DNA from: a virus
Lineage: Duplodnaviria > Caudoviricetes
IMG/VR virus record: IMGVR_UViG_3300032303_000721
Location: 1-25,629 of that record
Reading direction: 5' to 3' (one strand)
DNA length: 25,629 bases
In this document: in pieces, positions 1 to 7,434 of the stretch
Position numbering within the stretch: the first letter of the stretch is position 1
Layout: every line of letters begins with the position of its first letter
Notes under the pieces: model-generated
Database searches by the model: none
The model's input: only the letters and a program-made list of their open reading frames with translations
Told to the model about the DNA's origin: nothing
Position numbers and translations under genes: made by a program

Positions 1-708
1 CACTGTGGTCCATAAGTTTAAGTTAACAGGCATGGACTTATACGTCATTAAATTTTTATAGAATGTATCCCATTTAATGGGCCAACGCATAAACTCGTGT
101 ACCGCCCCAATCCCGTCACAACTGACAGTCACAGTAACTTCAATACGGTCAGCAATTTTTTCAAGTTCATGCAATACCACATTGCAATTTGTGTTAAGTC
201 TAAGTGTTTTAAGATTGGGCGGCAAGTTGGCCAATATCTTTTTGTAATTTTTACTATAACTAGGTTCACCACCGTTGATATCCAGGTGACGGATACGATC
301 TTGGGGCAATGACCAATAGCCACTGCTGTTGTTGATTATGGGAAATGTACGTCCCATCAATGAGCCAATTTTAGTACTACAGTCGGGGCCGCATGTTTGG
401 CAGGCCGCATTACATACATTGTCTAATACACCACCGACTTGTAGGTAATCTTGTTGTGTTTCTGTTTGATCTAATTTAATAGCATACGTGCGTATGCTGT
501 CTTTACCTTCTTTTTCAATCTGGGCGCACCTAACACACTCAGTTGGAAATACGCCATTCATAAATGCGTGTTCCATATTTCGTTGCCACCAACTGTTGTT
601 CATTTCAGTAAGTGAACTAAAATGTGGTGCATCAACCATGTGACCACACCGACTAACTGTACTATCGGGGTTGAATCTGACAAAATGGCTTAGTCTAGGG
701 CACCACAT
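1..708 (-). CDS. Radical SAM enzyme with N-terminal Cys-containing (SPASM/twitch-like) region; 3' end runs off the window
   Basis: Not in the ORF track. Manual translation from ATG at 708 is open to base 1: MWCPRLSHFVRFNPDSTVSRCGHMV...ECVRC...LDNVCNAACQTCGPDCS (CxxxCxxC)...DINGGEP...LNTNC...VSCDGIG..HEFMRWP.KW. The start overlaps the end of the upstream gene. Confidence 0.88.
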   Translation of the reverse strand, partial: MWCPRLSHFVRFNPDSTVSRCGHMVDAPHFSSLTEMNNSWWQRNMEHAFMNGVFPTECVRCAQIEKEGKDSIRTYAIKLDQTETQQDYLQVGGVLDNVCNAACQTCGPDCSTKIGSLMGRTFPIINNSSGYWSLPQDRIRHLDINGGEPSYSKNYKKILANLPPNLKTLRLNTNCNVVLHELEKIADRIEVTVTVSCDGIGAVHEFMRWPIKWDTFYKNLMTYKSMPVNLNLWTTV

Positions 709-1310
709 AATTTTATTGAATACTCAATTATTTCTTTGTATACTTCGGGATAGATTTGTTTTATGGTTTGAATAATAGTGCCAAATGTAACTACTTGTCC
801 TATTAATGTTTCGGTTAATACTTTGTCTATTGACAAGTAGAAGTGCAATCGATTGTTGTTCTTAAAAAATGCATCCAATGTTGGATCTACGGGCCTACTG
901 TGCCAATGCTGATCTGTTATTTTATCGATTTGACTTATTGGTAGTAGTTGTATTTTACCACGGTTAAATCGTTGTAAATTTAAAAGCCAATGAAATTGTG
1001 GCACATAGTGTCTGTTTAAAAATAGGTATTCGTTGATAAATTTCAATGCGGTGTATCTATCAATCTTGGGATCTTCAGTTAGTGTGTATTCTAAATACGA
1101 ATGCACCCCGGATAAAAATCGTTCGTACGGGTCACGCACAAACACATCAACTTGTGATATATTACTTATATCAGATGCTAGTTGGAATCCAGACTCGTAT
1201 AAACTACTGCTTCCATTTTTGTAGATCGGAAAGACATACCGCTGTGAAGGTACTATTTCTAGTATATCACAGCGGTCGGGAAATATTATCGGATCGAGAT
1301 ACGATAACAT
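690..1310 (-). CDS. Sulfotransferase-like protein (PAPS-dependent, Sulfotransfer_2-like)
   Basis: PIYKNGSSSL resembles the 5'-phosphosulfate-binding loop. FVRDPYERFLSG matches the RDPxxRxxS 3'-phosphate motif. NRHYVPQ resembles the HxxPQ motif of this family. Confidence 0.65.
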   Translation of the reverse strand: MLSYLDPIIFPDRCDILEIVPSQRYVFPIYKNGSSSLYESGFQLASDISNISQVDVFVRDPYERFLSGVHSYLEYTLTEDPKIDRYTALKFINEYLFLNRHYVPQFHWLLNLQRFNRGKIQLLPISQIDKITDQHWHSRPVDPTLDAFFKNNNRLHFYLSIDKVLTETLIGQVVTFGTIIQTIKQIYPEVYKEIIEYSIKLCGALD

Positions 1311-1320
1311 CGCCTAGGCA

Positions 1321-2319
1321 TTACTGCTTGTTACGATTGCGAATCATTGCCAAGATGTCCTCGGCTTTTTGACTAGACGGTTTCGCTGTTACTACTGGGG
1401 CAGTTGGTGCTGGGGTGTCGTCAGTATCAAATGGCGCATCGTCATCATGTACAACGGGTGCGACCACTACTGGACGGGCCTGTGCTACAGGAGCTGGTGC
1501 ATCTTCTGCTTTTGCGGCTCCTTCCGGGACATTGAGTCCATAAGGCTTGTAATAGTTGGCCCAACGATCTGGATCGTAAGGTTGTCCATCTACGCTGGCT
1601 TCAAACATTTCCTTAATAACTTTAAGGTCAGTTTCCGAAGGACGCTTGGGCAAGAAGTCGCTCAGATTGTGCAATCCAAACTGCTCAATCGCGGCCGCTT
1701 CAACCGCTGTAAGTGCAGACTCTTTGCGGCTCCAAGTACTAGTACTGTAGTCAGCATAGCCACCTTTGCTGGTTTTCTTAACTGAGAAGTCAAGTCCTGC
1801 CGCATAGTCTGTGGGCATAGATTCCATTTCGGGATCCATTAGTGCGTTCTTGATCAAGTTGAAGATCTGCGGGCTAATAACAAAGCGACGGATTGGATTT
1901 TCCGGAGTCTTGTCATCACCAATGGGATTGTCACGCACAAAGCCTTGGAACAAGTAACTTTTCTTTTTCCAGTACTTACGACCCATTTCTTCCAAGTTGG
2001 GATCCTTGAACCATGTACGGACTTCGGCCAACACAGGGCAAGCGTCTCCATACATTTCTACACAGGGTACCTGAACAACAATGGGTTTGCTGTCGCTTTG
2101 ACCTTTAACGCCAGCAAATGGCAATTTGATCATAAGACGTTCAACCCAGAAAAATGAGTTCTTTGGATCTGCGTCGGGGAGGAATCTTACGCGACTTGTT
2201 GTGTTTTCTGGAATGTTCCAGTGTGCGTAAATGGCGTTGTCGCCTTGTTGCTTGTTGCCGCTTGAACGGTTGTCTTGAGATTGTAGTTTTGCTCGAATTT
2301 CTGCTAATGTCATGGCCAT
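1321..2319 (-). CDS. gp32: Single-stranded DNA-binding protein, T4 gp32-like
   Basis: Motifs VRFLP..FW, C-x7-CPV, KKSY, GLDFSVKK.SKGGYADYSTS.W; acidic/Pro-rich C-terminal linker; strong SD TAAGGAG upstream. Confidence 0.9.
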   Translation of the reverse strand: MAMTLAEIRAKLQSQDNRSSGNKQQGDNAIYAHWNIPENTTSRVRFLPDADPKNSFFWVERLMIKLPFAGVKGQSDSKPIVVQVPCVEMYGDACPVLAEVRTWFKDPNLEEMGRKYWKKKSYLFQGFVRDNPIGDDKTPENPIRRFVISPQIFNLIKNALMDPEMESMPTDYAAGLDFSVKKTSKGGYADYSTSTWSRKESALTAVEAAAIEQFGLHNLSDFLPKRPSETDLKVIKEMFEASVDGQPYDPDRWANYYKPYGLNVPEGAAKAEDAPAPVAQARPVVVAPVVHDDDAPFDTDDTPAPTAPVVTAKPSSQKAEDILAMIRNRNKQ

Positions 2320-2381
2320 AATAGTTCTCCTTAAAAATGTGCCTTAATTGTGTGCCTTAATATGTATAATGCACTCTTTGC

Positions 2382-2410
2382 AGTATACAGTAGTATTTAT
2401 GATAAGTCAA
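2382..2410 (-). promoter_or_regulatory. Composite promoter for gp32: sigma70 TTGACT-17bp-TATACT with a late-type ATAAATA (2394-2400) in the spacer
   Basis: Minus strand reads TTGACT tatcATAAATActactg TATACT; the spacer is exactly 17 nt. Confidence 0.75.
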
Positions 2411-2442
2411 AAGAAAAGGCAAATTAATTGCCCGTTTCTTTT
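2409..2442 (-). terminator. Rho-independent terminator downstream of 2457-3944
   Basis: Minus strand AAAAGAAACGGGCAA-TTAAT-TTGCCTTTTCTTTT is an imperfect stem followed by a U-rich tail. Confidence 0.6.
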
Positions 2443-2456
2443 ACCAAATTTTAGTT

Positions 2457-3944
2457 TTATCTTTTGAGTCCGGCTAGTGCTCTAATAAACTCTAACGGAT
2501 CAGCACTTTGCATCACTGGCTGTGCAGGAGGTTGTTCTTCTGGCGGGACTTCACCTTCTGGTGCTGGTGCTTCTGGGGCAGGTGGGGCCTCTGGTGCTGG
2601 TGCTTCTGGGGCAGGTTGCTCGCCTGGCTCCTCTCCACCATTTTGCATAACTGCTTCAATCTGTGGAACTATTGCAGGCATATTTTGTTTAACCCATTTT
2701 AGTACCTCTGGTCGGCAATCGTATTCTTCGCCCTTGATGTCAGCCATATTGTGGATATCATCAAACAGTTGATCATCACCAATGACATTGTACAATGCAC
2801 TTGTAGCATCTTCGCCATTTACTCCAACCAACAACGGCTTGCCCATTAGTTTGACTAAGTTGAGAGTATCTTCGTCTGACTCGGGCATGGCCCATGTGCC
2901 TTCTAGTACACCGTTAGCCCAAGATTCAAATTCTTCTGCCATTGGGGTGTTTAGGCTTTCTTGTTGTTTCTTGTGTGCCCTATACACAAATGGTAATGCG
3001 GCGTCAAAACGCTCATCATACATTTTCTTAACAAAACGCTCACGCAGAGCGTCAACATCATATTCTTCCATTGCAGATTCTGGCATGTAGTTTTCAACAA
3101 AATCCAAATAGTGGCGTGGGCTTCTTAGACGCTTGAGTTGGTCTTTGAGTTCGTTGTATCGGTTGATGGCCGCATGAGCCATTTCACCTGTTTCGTCATC
3201 TAGGTCTGTACGGCGTTTGACCGAGCGCACAAAGTGGCTCATATTGCCCATTTCAGACACCATGCCGTTCATACATTCAGCTATTTCGTCATTGTGCTCG
3301 CCACCATGTGCAATGTGTGTGGCTAGTGCGGCCGCACAACCCAAGTGTCGATGTGGTACTAGGAAACGCTCACCGTGTGGTGTTTCAATAAATATTTGAT
3401 CAATCTTACGACCGCGGGCACCATGCTTTTCTTCATCTATGCTGTCACTGTGTATGATTCTTAATTTGCAAGGACCCACTTCCATAAAGCTGTGGCGGCT
3501 GGTCCCATACAAACGACTTTCAGTTACATTAATTTCATCTTTGTCCACGGTGTCATCTGCCTTGGTTTGTTGTTTAATGTCTTTGAGCTGTAAGTTGCTT
3601 TTGGCAACATCTCTAGTGTCAAAGTTCATCATGTTACGCTTGGCAAACTTGCGTAAGTTTCTTAAAAAATCGTACCATGCTTCTTGTTTAGTATCATCGT
3701 CTTCATCTTCTTTGATGTTGTCAATGATGTCACTGCCAAAATAAACTTTCATTGCTTTTTCATCAATCAAACTGATTGTTACGTTACCTAGTACGTCACC
3801 GTCAACATCAAAGTCAAAGTTAAAAAATCTAGCTCGTTCTGGGTCTTGGGTCCGTTTGGCGGTTTCGTCGCCTAGATTCACATTACTAAATCGGCTACGG
3901 ATCTTGTCAAACAAGTTTTCTGCAATTTTGTCTATTTCTCTCAT
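2457..3944 (-). CDS. Hypothetical phage protein (~495 aa), acidic, Pro/Glu/Ala-rich tail ending in an LAGL motif; possible virion head protein
   Basis: Long ORF. Start moved from 3992 to ATG 3944 (MREIDK), which lies 5 nt after an ATAAATA box and removes the overlap with the upstream gene. Confidence 0.8.
   Translation of the reverse strand: MREIDKIAENLFDKIRSRFSNVNLGDETAKRTQDPERARFFNFDFDVDGDVLGNVTISLIDEKAMKVYFGSDIIDNIKEDEDDDTKQEAWYDFLRNLRKFAKRNMMNFDTRDVAKSNLQLKDIKQQTKADDTVDKDEINVTESRLYGTSRHSFMEVGPCKLRIIHSDSIDEEKHGARGRKIDQIFIETPHGERFLVPHRHLGCAAALATHIAHGGEHNDEIAECMNGMVSEMGNMSHFVRSVKRRTDLDDETGEMAHAAINRYNELKDQLKRLRSPRHYLDFVENYMPESAMEEYDVDALRERFVKKMYDERFDAALPFVYRAHKKQQESLNTPMAEEFESWANGVLEGTWAMPESDEDTLNLVKLMGKPLLVGVNGEDATSALYNVIGDDQLFDDIHNMADIKGEEYDCRPEVLKWVKQNMPAIVPQIEAVMQNGGEEPGEQPAPEAPAPEAPPAPEAPAPEGEVPPEEQPPAQPVMQSADPLEFIRALAGLKR
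2557..2616. repeat. Exact 27-bp direct repeat (33-bp period) encoding PAPEAPAPE twice
   Basis: tctggtgctggtgcttctggggcaggt occurs at 2557-2583 and 2590-2616. Confidence 0.9.
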
Positions 3945-3948
3945 AATG

Positions 3949-4518
3949 TTATTTATCTGTATATGGGCCAAAGGTTGTATAGCTAGACACACGGAATGTA
4001 CCAGCTGGGACCGGGGTCAGCATACCGTGCCAAAGCAAGGGTTGTGATCCATCAGGATTGGGTCCGTTCAGCATGATGTATCCGGTATTAACTTCCGGAA
4101 CAAACCTTTTATATGGGTTTTTTGGGCTTTTATCATTTGTAAACAATGTGCCTAACGTATCAGTTGGTGATACCCAATATATTTGCATAGTAGATCGCAA
4201 CTCCCCATCTGTATGCATACCCACTGTAAAATTTGGCTCATCTAGCCACCACACAGTATTGCCACGATTGATTGTAAAATCAAATTTTATATTGCACAGT
4301 TCTGCAATTTGTGGTTGCAATGATGTTATATAGTCGCTTGCTTTTATCAACATAGGATCTGCATCTGTAGTTAATGCTCTGCGTAACCAATCTGATTGCA
4401 TGTCTTGTTTTTGCCAAGGTGCGGCTAACCAATCCTTGGCTAGGATTTGATCAACAAGGTGTTGTGGCAATAAGTCTGCAACTTGAAATACTCTATCAGT
4501 TACTGGTGTTATTTGCAT
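3949..4518 (-). CDS. 2OG-Fe(II)-dependent oxygenase superfamily protein
   Basis: HxD (GMHTDG), distal His (LWHGM) and an RxS 2-oxoglutarate-binding motif (FRVSSY), in the expected order. Confidence 0.75.
   Translation of the reverse strand: MQITPVTDRVFQVADLLPQHLVDQILAKDWLAAPWQKQDMQSDWLRRALTTDADPMLIKASDYITSLQPQIAELCNIKFDFTINRGNTVWWLDEPNFTVGMHTDGELRSTMQIYWVSPTDTLGTLFTNDKSPKNPYKRFVPEVNTGYIMLNGPNPDGSQPLLWHGMLTPVPAGTFRVSSYTTFGPYTDK
3950..3956 (-). promoter_or_regulatory. T4-late-type promoter box ATAAATA, 5 nt before ATG 3944
   Basis: Minus strand ATAAATA acatt ATG; the box overlaps the stop codon of the upstream gene. Confidence 0.65.
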
Positions 4519-4519
4519 A

Positions 4520-6088
4520 TTACATGGTCATAATGAATGGCATAGGTTCAATAAAGTCGTCTAAACTGTCCCTTAGGTGCTGGTCTAGGTCCGGGTCATA
4601 ACTTTGTAGTAACTGTACCATACGTAACACTAAAATTGTAGACATAACCAGGTCATCGGTCTCTCCAACTTTGGCCGCATAACTTACTCCGGCCGCAACA
4701 AACGTTTTTAATTCACTAATCATATTCTTACTGGCAATGTGCATACGCCGAGTTTCGATCAAGCTCTTTAACTTGGCACAGGCCGCAAGTTTGCTCTTGT
4801 TTGTTGTGGTAAATCCGCGTCGATACAATCTAGTGCTTCCCACTTTCTTGGGCTCGGTTAGGAATGTGCCGTGTATATTTTCTTCACCAATTTCGCTGAT
4901 GCTAACCAGGCCTGCTTCACCAATGGTGTTGTTTTCTATGCTGTAGTAAATATCTGTGTCGGTGTTAGTAATCTCAAACAGGTAATCACATATTTCCTTT
5001 ACGATGGCAATTTGTCTTTGTATGGGAGTTTTGTTATGTTGCCATTCGCCCACCTGCATCATGCCCGGGATTTCATAAATTTGTATGGCCGCATAGTCGC
5101 CACCGGTGCCCAGACTGGGATCCAAGCCCACCACATACTGATGTCCTTTGCTGGGCTTCTTATACCAACGTACTTGACCCTGGCGTTCAATTGGGTCTAT
5201 GCCTGCCATTTCAATCAGCGTGGTACTGTTGATCAGTGTTTCGTCATAGATCAAGAATTCGCATCCGTGTTCACGGCGGAAACGTTCTTCACCAATACGA
5301 CCAATCTCCTCCAACTTCCATTTTTCGTCACGGTCTGGATGTTCTTGCCAGGCCGCCTGGAAGCCTCTAAATCCGTTTACACCCAATTCAGTTTTATTTC
5401 CAAACTCGTCTACACATTTATTGGCCTGCTTCCATATCAATGCAAACTGGTCTTCATCACTATTGGGTGTGCTGGTGATAATGGCCTTACCACCTGTGCT
5501 CAGTGTGGGTGATATGGATGTCCAAAATTCTTTGGCAATGGTGGGACGGACAAACGCGAACTCATCACAGTACAGTAAGGTAATACTCATACCACGACCT
5601 GTTGTTTCAGTTGTTGTTTGACTCACAATACGACTACCGTTTTCAAACTCTAAACTGCCTTTGTTGTAACTGGTACAACCTGCACGAATATGGTCCGGAC
5701 ACAGTTCATAGGCATACCGAACTCGTTGCATAATTTCTTGTGCTCCTGTATACTTGTGAGCCGCAATAAGAATTGTTGAGTCAGGAACAAACATGGCATA
5801 CCATAACAAGTAGCCTGCGGCACTGGTTGATTTGCCTGTTTGTCTGGGCATTAATGCTATACTGAATCTGTGACAGTGATAAGTATCAATAAGACGCTTT
5901 TGATATTCAAAAGGGTGATACAACATCTTACCTTTGACGGGGTGTTGTATGTAGAAGTAGTTGTCCATAAAATACTGTGGTCCCGCCACAGGATCTGCAC
6001 AGCGAGCAAATTCTAGGATTTGCCGTTCTGTGTAAGACGACTTTTTATGGGGCGTCTTTACTAGTTGTTGTTCGTCAATTTTTGCCAT
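4520..6088 (-). CDS. gp17: Terminase large subunit, T4 gp17-like
   Basis: Adenine-binding YQ, Walker A PRQTGKST, Walker B LLYCDEFAF, coupling motif TST, nuclease acidic motifs GLDPSLG..GDY and DDLVMS. Confidence 0.96.
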   Translation of the reverse strand: MAKIDEQQLVKTPHKKSSYTERQILEFARCADPVAGPQYFMDNYFYIQHPVKGKMLYHPFEYQKRLIDTYHCHRFSIALMPRQTGKSTSAAGYLLWYAMFVPDSTILIAAHKYTGAQEIMQRVRYAYELCPDHIRAGCTSYNKGSLEFENGSRIVSQTTTETTGRGMSITLLYCDEFAFVRPTIAKEFWTSISPTLSTGGKAIITSTPNSDEDQFALIWKQANKCVDEFGNKTELGVNGFRGFQAAWQEHPDRDEKWKLEEIGRIGEERFRREHGCEFLIYDETLINSTTLIEMAGIDPIERQGQVRWYKKPSKGHQYVVGLDPSLGTGGDYAAIQIYEIPGMMQVGEWQHNKTPIQRQIAIVKEICDYLFEITNTDTDIYYSIENNTIGEAGLVSISEIGEENIHGTFLTEPKKVGSTRLYRRGFTTTNKSKLAACAKLKSLIETRRMHIASKNMISELKTFVAAGVSYAAKVGETDDLVMSTILVLRMVQLLQSYDPDLDQHLRDSLDDFIEPMPFIMTM

Positions 6089-6095
6089 TATCTAT

Positions 6096-6102
6096 TACTT
6101 AT
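6096..6102 (-). promoter_or_regulatory. Late-promoter variant ATAAGTA, 7 nt before the terminase ATG
   Basis: Minus strand cATAAGTA atagata ATG; one mismatch to the recurring box; overlaps the HNH start codon on the other strand. Confidence 0.45.
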
Positions 6103-6628
6103 GAGTGACTGCCTACTGCTTAATCAAGATTATCGTCCAATTTCTGTACTGCCCTTGAGCGTTATTAATTGGCAACATGCTATCAAACTCATGTTTCTTA
6201 AAAAAGTTCATGTACTTGAAACTTATCCAAGTTGGATAGTGCATTCAGAACGCTTGTCCATCAATGTGCCCAGTGTTTGTGTGACCACGGACTATTTCAA
6301 ATACAAGAAACATGTCAAGTTTAGTCGCTACAACATGTATTTACGCGACCTGTTTGAGTGTCAATATTGTGAAGAAATATTTGACTACGAAGATCTAACT
6401 ATCGATCACGTGGTACCAAGAGCGGCTGGCGGTAAGACTGCATGGGATAACTGTGTCACCAGTTGCAAGAGCTGTAACCATCACAAAGGTTCCAAGTTGA
6501 TGCGCCCAAAAAACTTGCCGCATCGTCCAGAATACTACAACCTGGTCAACAAGTGGAAAGACTTGCCTTTCACTGTGAAACAGGAATCGTGGAACAAATA
6601 CTTGGGTGTTGAAAAACTAGTTGCTTGA
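6101..6628 (+). CDS. HNH endonuclease (McrA/COG1403-like)
   Basis: RDLFECQYC...LTIDHVVPRAAGG..WDNCVTSCKSCNHHKG. Start moved to ATG 6101 (MSDCLLLNQDY) to avoid overlapping the terminase. Confidence 0.9.
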   Translation: MSDCLLLNQDYRPISVLPLSVINWQHAIKLMFLKKVHVLETYPSWIVHSERLSINVPSVCVTTDYFKYKKHVKFSRYNMYLRDLFECQYCEEIFDYEDLTIDHVVPRAAGGKTAWDNCVTSCKSCNHHKGSKLMRPKNLPHRPEYYNLVNKWKDLPFTVKQESWNKYLGVEKLVA

Positions 6629-7048
6629 GTTACGAAACTTGTGTTCTAATCGAGATGCAAGTTGTTCTACTCGATCGGCATCGGCGTTGCCGTCTTTGTT
6701 TAGTAAGTAACCGGGGTTACGCTCCGATTCGGGAGGGGCATCGCCCACTGGCTTTTCACCAGTTAGTTCAGGGCGAGCAAAGTACAAACGGAACCATTCA
6801 GGTGTTCCTGTTTTGATGTTTAGTTGTTTTTCAATTTGACGTTTTGTATCAGTTGCTGTGCCCACGCTACCCACAGGGCTAGTACTGGGCATTTCTCTAG
6901 CATCCACACTCACCGGCATAAAGTCTTCTAACAAGCCGTTACCCAAACCGGCCAACTGTTTAAGTTCAGCCAAATCGTCTGAGGCCATTGCGGCGTCAGG
7001 AATATGGTCCTGTGCATAACTTGGTGCGGTTATGCGATACTGTTTCAT
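6617..7048 (-). CDS. Hypothetical protein (143 aa) with an LKQLAGL motif
   Basis: ATGA-coupled to the upstream ORF; last gene of a 4-gene coupled run. Confidence 0.75.
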   Translation of the reverse strand: MKQYRITAPSYAQDHIPDAAMASDDLAELKQLAGLGNGLLEDFMPVSVDAREMPSTSPVGSVGTATDTKRQIEKQLNIKTGTPEWFRLYFARPELTGEKPVGDAPPESERNPGYLLNKDGNADADRVEQLASRLEHKFRNSSN

Positions 7049-7434
7049 TTGCGTCTAAGCACAATGGGTCCTGCCGCTTTAATAGGACTTGTTTTGTTCA
7101 CTGTGTCTAGTTCAGTTTTGTTGCTGGCCCAGTTTTTGTCAAACGTAATACCAATTTGTTTTGCGGCATGATATAAAGTTTCTAATTCTTCATCTGCATA
7201 AGGAGCATAAAAAGGATCTCCGGCAATGTAGTTGTCCTTGGGCATTGGTTGATCTGGGCTACCCGCAAGTGCAACACCAAAACGATAATTCAAGTACTGG
7301 CTACCGGTACTCATATTCAAGTCAGGGCTGGTTATTGCATTTGACAATCCAACCTCGTGAGTTTTGCCAATTGGCTTAGTAGTTCCTCCCGAACTTGGAT
7401 CAGACCCTTCGAGAATAATCTCGTTTATTTTCAT
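7045..7434 (-). CDS. Hypothetical protein (129 aa) with N-terminal MKINEIILE; candidate internal head protein
   Basis: Start/stop overlaps on both sides; N-terminus nearly identical to that of 20199-20894. Confidence 0.75.
   Translation of the reverse strand: MKINEIILEGSDPSSGGTTKPIGKTHEVGLSNAITSPDLNMSTGSQYLNYRFGVALAGSPDQPMPKDNYIAGDPFYAPYADEELETLYHAAKQIGITFDKNWASNKTELDTVNKTSPIKAAGPIVLRRK

Noticed and set aside
97-323. ORF-track ORFs 97..312 (+) and 129..323 (-)
   Set aside because: Both lie within the radical SAM CDS (1-708, minus) in other frames and have no motifs.
2557-2616. Direct repeat as a CRISPR or diversity element
   Set aside because: Only two copies, in frame inside a CDS, encoding a Pro-rich linker.
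4520-6088. Intein or intron in the terminase
   Set aside because: The ORF is continuous, of normal length, and all motifs are normally spaced.
6101-6628. Possible RNA-guided (IscB/HEARO-type) nuclease
   Set aside because: No RuvC or PLMP-like segments are visible, and there is no flanking non-coding space for a guide RNA.
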